Shown piece after piece: positions 60,319-64,000 of a DNA stretch of 64,000 bases. The DNA is taken from positions 26,970,001 through 27,034,000 of the forward strand of contig JAGIQG010000015.1 in assembly GCA_024679065.1 (NCBI GenBank), read 5' to 3'. The position numbers and the translations under genes were made by a program. The number at the start of each line of letters is the position of its first letter. Position 1 is the stretch's first letter. The DNA comes from Sphyrna mokarran (taxonomy: Eukaryota). Under the pieces are notes generated by a model, which saw nothing but the letters and a program-made list of their open reading frames with translations, did no database searches and had not been told where the DNA came from.

Positions 60319-62199
60319 CAGCTCCATAATTGGCAGTTAAACCCCAACCTCTGCCATTCTGCATAATTAAGGTCAATCTATCAGCTCGGGCACTCATTCT
60401 CTCAGGTCAGCCTGGACATCCAACTAAACTAGCCAATATCAAAGAAGTATTCATGGCCCTTTGTTTATCTGCCCATAATTCCTTTGCCACACCAATTAAG
60501 CCCTTTGTGACATGGCAGAATGTCTGTGGCGGAGGAAGCATATATTCTCAGCTAATGCATATATTAGCAGTTTGTTGTTCTGAAAGCACTTCTTGGGGAT
60601 AAGCAGTCTCTTGTGATCTTGTACTTTATTTGATATTCAAGAAATACACCAGATTGGCAAGTCATTTGCTAAATCCAACTTCATTTTGGAATACGAAATG
60701 ACCCAGACATGGCCAAAGTGCCTGAGTTTCCAGTTGGCTAAAATTAATCTGGAGTAATTTCCGATGTAGCCTACAGTTAGGCAGCTGGCTCACCACTGAT
60801 TTCCACTCACATTTGAAGTGCTTAATCAAAGTTCCTCCTGTCTCTTTTTTCCCTTAACCAATCTTTACCTCTCCTCACCCTGGCCACTGTCTAGGACTGA
60901 CTTAAAAAAATCTGAGCATAAAAAATTTTTTTTTCAGATTGTATTCAGAACGCATGTCCAAAAATCAACAGTGATTTATTTGTGCTTTCAATTTTCATCC
61001 ACCACCTTCCACGTATCAGTAAGATGTGAAAGGAAAGAATTTGGAGTAATTTAAACGCTGGTGATATTGGATTGGTATTGATTCAGGCACCCATCATATT
61101 TTTCTCACAATTCCAACTTCCAGTGAATGTGATATCGGTTACTTTCTACAATAGACCAAAGTCAAAATTGTCCAACTGTAATTCTGAGGATAAAAATGAG
61201 TGGGGAAGGTGATGGCAATATCCTCCTCTTTCCAGCTGCATTTAATACAACTGTAGTGGAGACATACGGCAAGTACAAGATAATCAGAAGCTATCCTATT
61301 TAAGATCTGATGTGGACTATATTCATGGCACTGGGAGTTGCTGCTATCCACTTCCAGATGCATTGAAGCATCACATACACAATGTACTATCAGATTTCTC
61401 CATGTCACGTCGTTGGTCCGACAACAATAGCCTCCACATGATTCAGGCGCAAATGCGTTTTGTTTAAATAGCAAGCTTCAGTAGACATTAACTAACAGCA
61501 ATGATGTTCTCCTTCCACTGGTCTACTGCATTTCTTTAAAAAATAACAATCAATGCCCCCTCCCCCTTCTCCACTCTCCGTGTTTCCTCCAAAAAACATT
61601 CAAGGTGATCAGGTCTATAGCCTTTGTCGGTAAGAGTTAAAATTAAAGGAGATTCAGCTGCTTCCCAGACTGTTATATCTACTGGAGTGAACAGATTCTA
61701 ACTGCATACCAATCAACATGTACTCACAACTGTCATGCTCTATCATCCCGGCAAGCTGCCCCATTGAGCTTGTTCATGCAATATCCAAATCTCCTTGGCC
61801 TCCAATTCTGTCTTACAGATTTGTTATTGTCTCTCTTATGTATTCCTTACAGCCTTGTGTGTTAGCATTGAATGACTTCCAAACCAGTTGCTGTATCAGT
61901 TACTGTGATACCTTGAGGCCGTGTCAAGTGCAGCTGTTATCGAGCTGCTGGATTTGCTAGAATGTTTTAGCTCTCAAACTGCTTTTTTGTTCATCTGCAG
62001 AGACAAACCTCAATTTCCCCATTCTTCACATTCAATACCTGGTTAACATGCTGTGGCAAAGCACACTGGAATTCTTGGCCACTTACACCACTGCTAAATA
62101 TGCAAACACAGTGCTTTTATGAGTGCACTTTGTTTGCCCCATATTACCTGAGACTACAACTCCTCAAGGAGGGCACCTCGACCCACCTTCAACAGTCAT

Positions 62200-63660
62200 T
62201 CCCTCCACCACCGATGCTCAGTGGAGACTATGCGCCATCTACAAGATGCATTGCAGCAACTTGCCAAGACTCATTTGACAGCACCTTCCAAACTCATGAG
62301 TGCTGCCGCCTAGAAGAAAAAGGGCAACAGTTGCATGAAAAGACTATCACCTGCAAGTTCTCTTTCAAGTCAGACATCATCCTAACTTAAAACCATTTCA
62401 CTGTTCTTTCACTGTTGCTGGGTCAAAATTCTGGGACTTCTTTTTTAACAACACTGTGGCTGTCCCAACATCACCTAGACTGCAATAGTTCAGGTAGGCT
62501 GATCACCACCATCTTCTCAAAGGCAATTAATGATGGGCAATAAATATGTCACGTCTCATAAATCGATTAAAAGAAAACCTAACACTAGTTGTTGGCCATT
62601 CCTAATTACCCACAAGGAGTTTTGGTATTGAGATAAAATCCTGCTGTCCATCTGGTGTGTAGCTACACTCATAGTGTTGTCAGGGAGAAAGTTCCAGGTT
62701 TTGGAGTCAGCAATCATTGGATAGATTTGCCAGACCACCAAATCTCAACAGTGACAATATTGCTTGAAAAAAGAGTGCTGACATATTGAGAAACAATACA
62801 GTCCCATCCCAAGATGGTGTGTAACTCTGTTGTTTCTAAGCATCTGCTGGCCTTCTCCTTCCGGGTGGTAGAGGGTGGTAGCTTTAAAATGTATTTTTGA
62901 ATAAGCCTTGGCAATCTGTTGCAGGGCATCTTATAGGTAATCCACCCTGCAGATACTGTGCAGCAGTGGTGGAGGGAGTGAATGTTTATAGCGTTGAATG
63001 AGGTGGCAAGCTGCTTTGTCCTGGATGTTGTCATTTTCTTGGATTTTCTTGAGTGTTGCAATCCAGGATTGAATTTTGACCAACTGCCTTCACAGCACAA
63101 TCTATGAGAAATATTAATGACAGCTGCAGTGTTTGGTCTTAGTTTTATTATTTGCTCAGAAGAATCAGAATGGCTGCTAAACTTTGTCATCCAGTCATGT
63201 GGGCCATACTCCATCATTTCTTGCCTTATAGATTGTGGAAAGGCTTTGGGGAGTGACGGCATTAGTCAGTCACTGCAGAATTCCCAACCTCTGGCCTACT
63301 CTGGCTAGACACAATAAGAAGTCTCACAACACCAGGTTAAAGAGACTTCTTACTATGTTTACCCCAATCCAACGCTGGCATCTCCACATCATGACTACTC
63401 TGGTTAGTCCAGATCAATTGAATTTCTGGTCAATGGTAACACCCTAGGGTGTTGATGGCTTGTGATTCAGTAATATTTGCTGTTGAATATTGAGGGGATA
63501 TGACTAGATTCCCCCTAATTGGAGATGGTCATTGCCTGGCATTTGTGTTGCATGCAGGTTACTTGCTACCTATCAGCCCAAGTCTAAATGTTATCCCGGT
63601 TTTGCTGCACAGACTGATTTGTTATCTGAGGAGTTGCAAATGGAACTGAACACTGGGCAA
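62200..63660. mobile_element. Tail-to-tail fragments of the second LINE family (plus 62200-62560; minus 62585-63660) with a Penelope-derived remnant at 63315-63393
   Basis: 62200-62545 and 62590-62985 are diverged reverse complements; insert matches the 32068 element termini. Confidence 0.65.
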
Positions 63661-63921
63661 TATTCGCTGAGTTATCAGTTCCACTTCCAGTACCTTGAAG
63701 CAGAATTCTTTTCTACGGTAAAGGACAATTTCTAATAAATGCACCATGGAATGTTCAACTCCAGCAAATATTGCTGTGGCTCTAGAATCACATGTAGGCC
63801 ATTCCGGGTAAGGACAGCAGACTTTCTTCCCTAAAGAACATTTGGTTCTTTACAAAGAAACACATAAACCGAATCAAATGGTATTTTTCCCATCAATTGA
63901 CAATATTTCATGGTCATCAGT

Positions 63922-64000
63922 ACATAGAACATAGAACATAGAACAATACAGCACTAACAGGCCCTTCGGCCCACGAGTTGCGCCGATCACATCTACCAAT
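63922..64000 (-). mobile_element. CR1 3' tail, (CATAGAA)n
   Basis: CATAGAACATAGAACATAGAAC..ACAGGCCCTTCGGCCCAC. Confidence 0.82.

Noticed and set aside
62714-63262. 182-aa ORF
   Set aside because: Lies within a decayed LINE 3' region.
1-64000. CRISPR arrays, operons or other prokaryotic systems
   Set aside because: Sequence is vertebrate; no regularly spaced repeat-spacer array seen.

Overview
Eukaryotic, repeat-rich vertebrate DNA. The repeat repertoire (HE1-type V-SINEs, CR1/HER1-type LINEs, SacSINE1-type Deu-SINEs, Penelope-derived palindromes) points to a cartilaginous fish, most likely a shark. Only one host coding exon is recognisable: the signal-peptide exon of MDGA2 on the minus strand (25961-25889, MDFAYLLLWLLTVVLEGICAQGVY, then a phase-1 GTAAGT donor), inside a CpG-rich promoter region. 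Positions 1-25888 are therefore MDGA2 intron, with no further exon seen. Positions above ~27.5 kb are upstream sequence with a second CpG-rich block (~33-37.7 kb) and a near full-length but disabled CR1 LINE (~43.6-47.7 kb). Almost all other ORFs in the track are spurious or decayed repeats. Main leads: (1) a 5-codon uORF ending 2 nt before the MDGA2 ATG; (2) a short repeat headed by U2 snRNA sequence that stops at U2 nt 37, the Keno target site; (3) palindromic Penelope-derived elements with degenerate hammerhead-ribozyme cores; (4) several template-switch inverted duplications; (5) candidate non-coding exons and an RFX/CRE motif cluster. Family names come from recalled consensus sequences, not searches. 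Repeat boundaries are approximate.
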